The translations under genes were made by a program, and so were the position numbers. The notes under the pieces are model-generated. The model saw only the letters and a list, made by a program, of their open reading frames with translations. It was not told where the DNA came from and made no database searches. Below, in pieces: positions 41,395 to 41,822 of a stretch of DNA of 41,822 bases (position 1 is its first letter; every line of letters begins with the position of its first letter). This DNA is from Gemmatimonadota bacterium. GTDB lineage: Bacteria; Gemmatimonadota; Gemmatimonadetes; Gemmatimonadales; GWC2-71-9. The stretch is from the NCBI GenBank assembly GCA_040008015.1, contig JBDTTZ010000125.1, positions 1 to 41,822 of the forward strand, in the 5' to 3' direction.

Positions 41395-41822
41395 CTAGTT
41401 CAATTCCCACGCCTGTTCGATCTCGAGGGCGGTGCGCTGCAGGATCTCGGCGACCTTCTTGACCGCGGGATGTTCCGGGCCCTTGCGCCAGGCCCGCTTA
41501 TACGTCGCCCGGGCAACCTTGCCGAATGCGCCGTTCAATTCTCCCATCGCGCCGCCGGCGAAGTCCCGCACCGTCTCCCGCACCCGGTCGAAGATCTCCT
41601 CCAGCACATCGCGATGCTCGACCAGGAACGCCTCGCCCTCAGGCATAATGTGATACACCTTCTTCCCATCGGTATCGACCGCCCGGATGTAGCCCTGATC
41701 CTCCAGCAGCTGCAGGGTGGGATACACGGTGCCTGCGGACGGGGTGTAGCATCCCCCCAGCTTCTCTTCCAGCGCCTTGATCACTTCGTAGCCGTGCATC
41801 GGCTTTTCCTTGAGTAGCCGAA
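41395..41822 (-). CDS. PadR-family transcriptional regulator (5' end outside the window)
   Basis: The reading frame is open to the window edge (..LLKEKPMHGYEVIKALEEKLGGCYTPSAGTVYPTLQLLEDQGYI), which is the canonical PadR winged helix. Confidence 0.85.
   Translation of the reverse strand, partial: RLLKEKPMHGYEVIKALEEKLGGCYTPSAGTVYPTLQLLEDQGYIRAVDTDGKKVYHIMPEGEAFLVEHRDVLEEIFDRVRETVRDFAGGAMGELNGAFGKVARATYKRAWRKGPEHPAVKKVAEILQRTALEIEQAWELN

Overview
This is a 41.8-kb high-GC bacterial chromosomal segment. Strong GC3 bias produces many long antisense shadow ORFs. The gene content (many DinB, DUF1569, DUF1697 and DUF1801 small proteins, secreted peptidases and glycosidases, a GxxExxY cassette) resembles soil Gemmatimonadota/Acidobacteriota-type genomes, but that placement is inference only. 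I support about 50 CDS, 4 gene remnants or pseudogenes, one intrinsic terminator, and several inverted-repeat modules in AT-richer intergenic spacers. I recognised no rRNA, tRNA, CRISPR array, transposase or integrase. In order, the window contains: a potB'/potA polyamine-type ABC importer and gabT; a large secreted M16 peptidase; a secreted His-rich protein with a PHM/DBH-like copper-ligand pattern; a run of small stress/xenobiotic-type proteins interspersed with decayed genes (a MocR remnant, a frameshifted AhpD/CMD gene, a YdeI fragment); a tightly coupled 7-gene operon at 15744-22758; an SDR / PLP-decarboxylase / PNPOx trio; a low-GC GxxExxY (PD-(D/E)XK) cassette bracketed by inverted repeats; a YtrA-type GntR plus ABC-2 exporter module; more small proteins; a LytS/LytTR two-component pair; a sulfur-trafficking cluster (tandem rhodanese, class-V desulfurase-like enzyme, two YeeE/YedE half-transporters, a Cys-less rhodanese); a MEDS-domain protein; and a PadR module. 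The strongest candidate for an undescribed system is the 15744-22758 operon. It encodes an acyl-CoA-dehydrogenase-fold enzyme, a seryl-tRNA-synthetase-like amino acid:carrier-protein ligase, DUF1839, a dedicated AcpS-type PPTase, a carrier protein, a cytoplasmic GH2 glycosidase and an alpha/beta-hydrolase, and it is convergent with an AAC(3)-like N-acetyltransferase. The second strongest is a set of hairpin-bracketed AT-rich intergenic modules, two of which share a ~40-nt core on either side of gabT. All functional calls come from reading the translated ORFs and motifs by eye. No database search was run.
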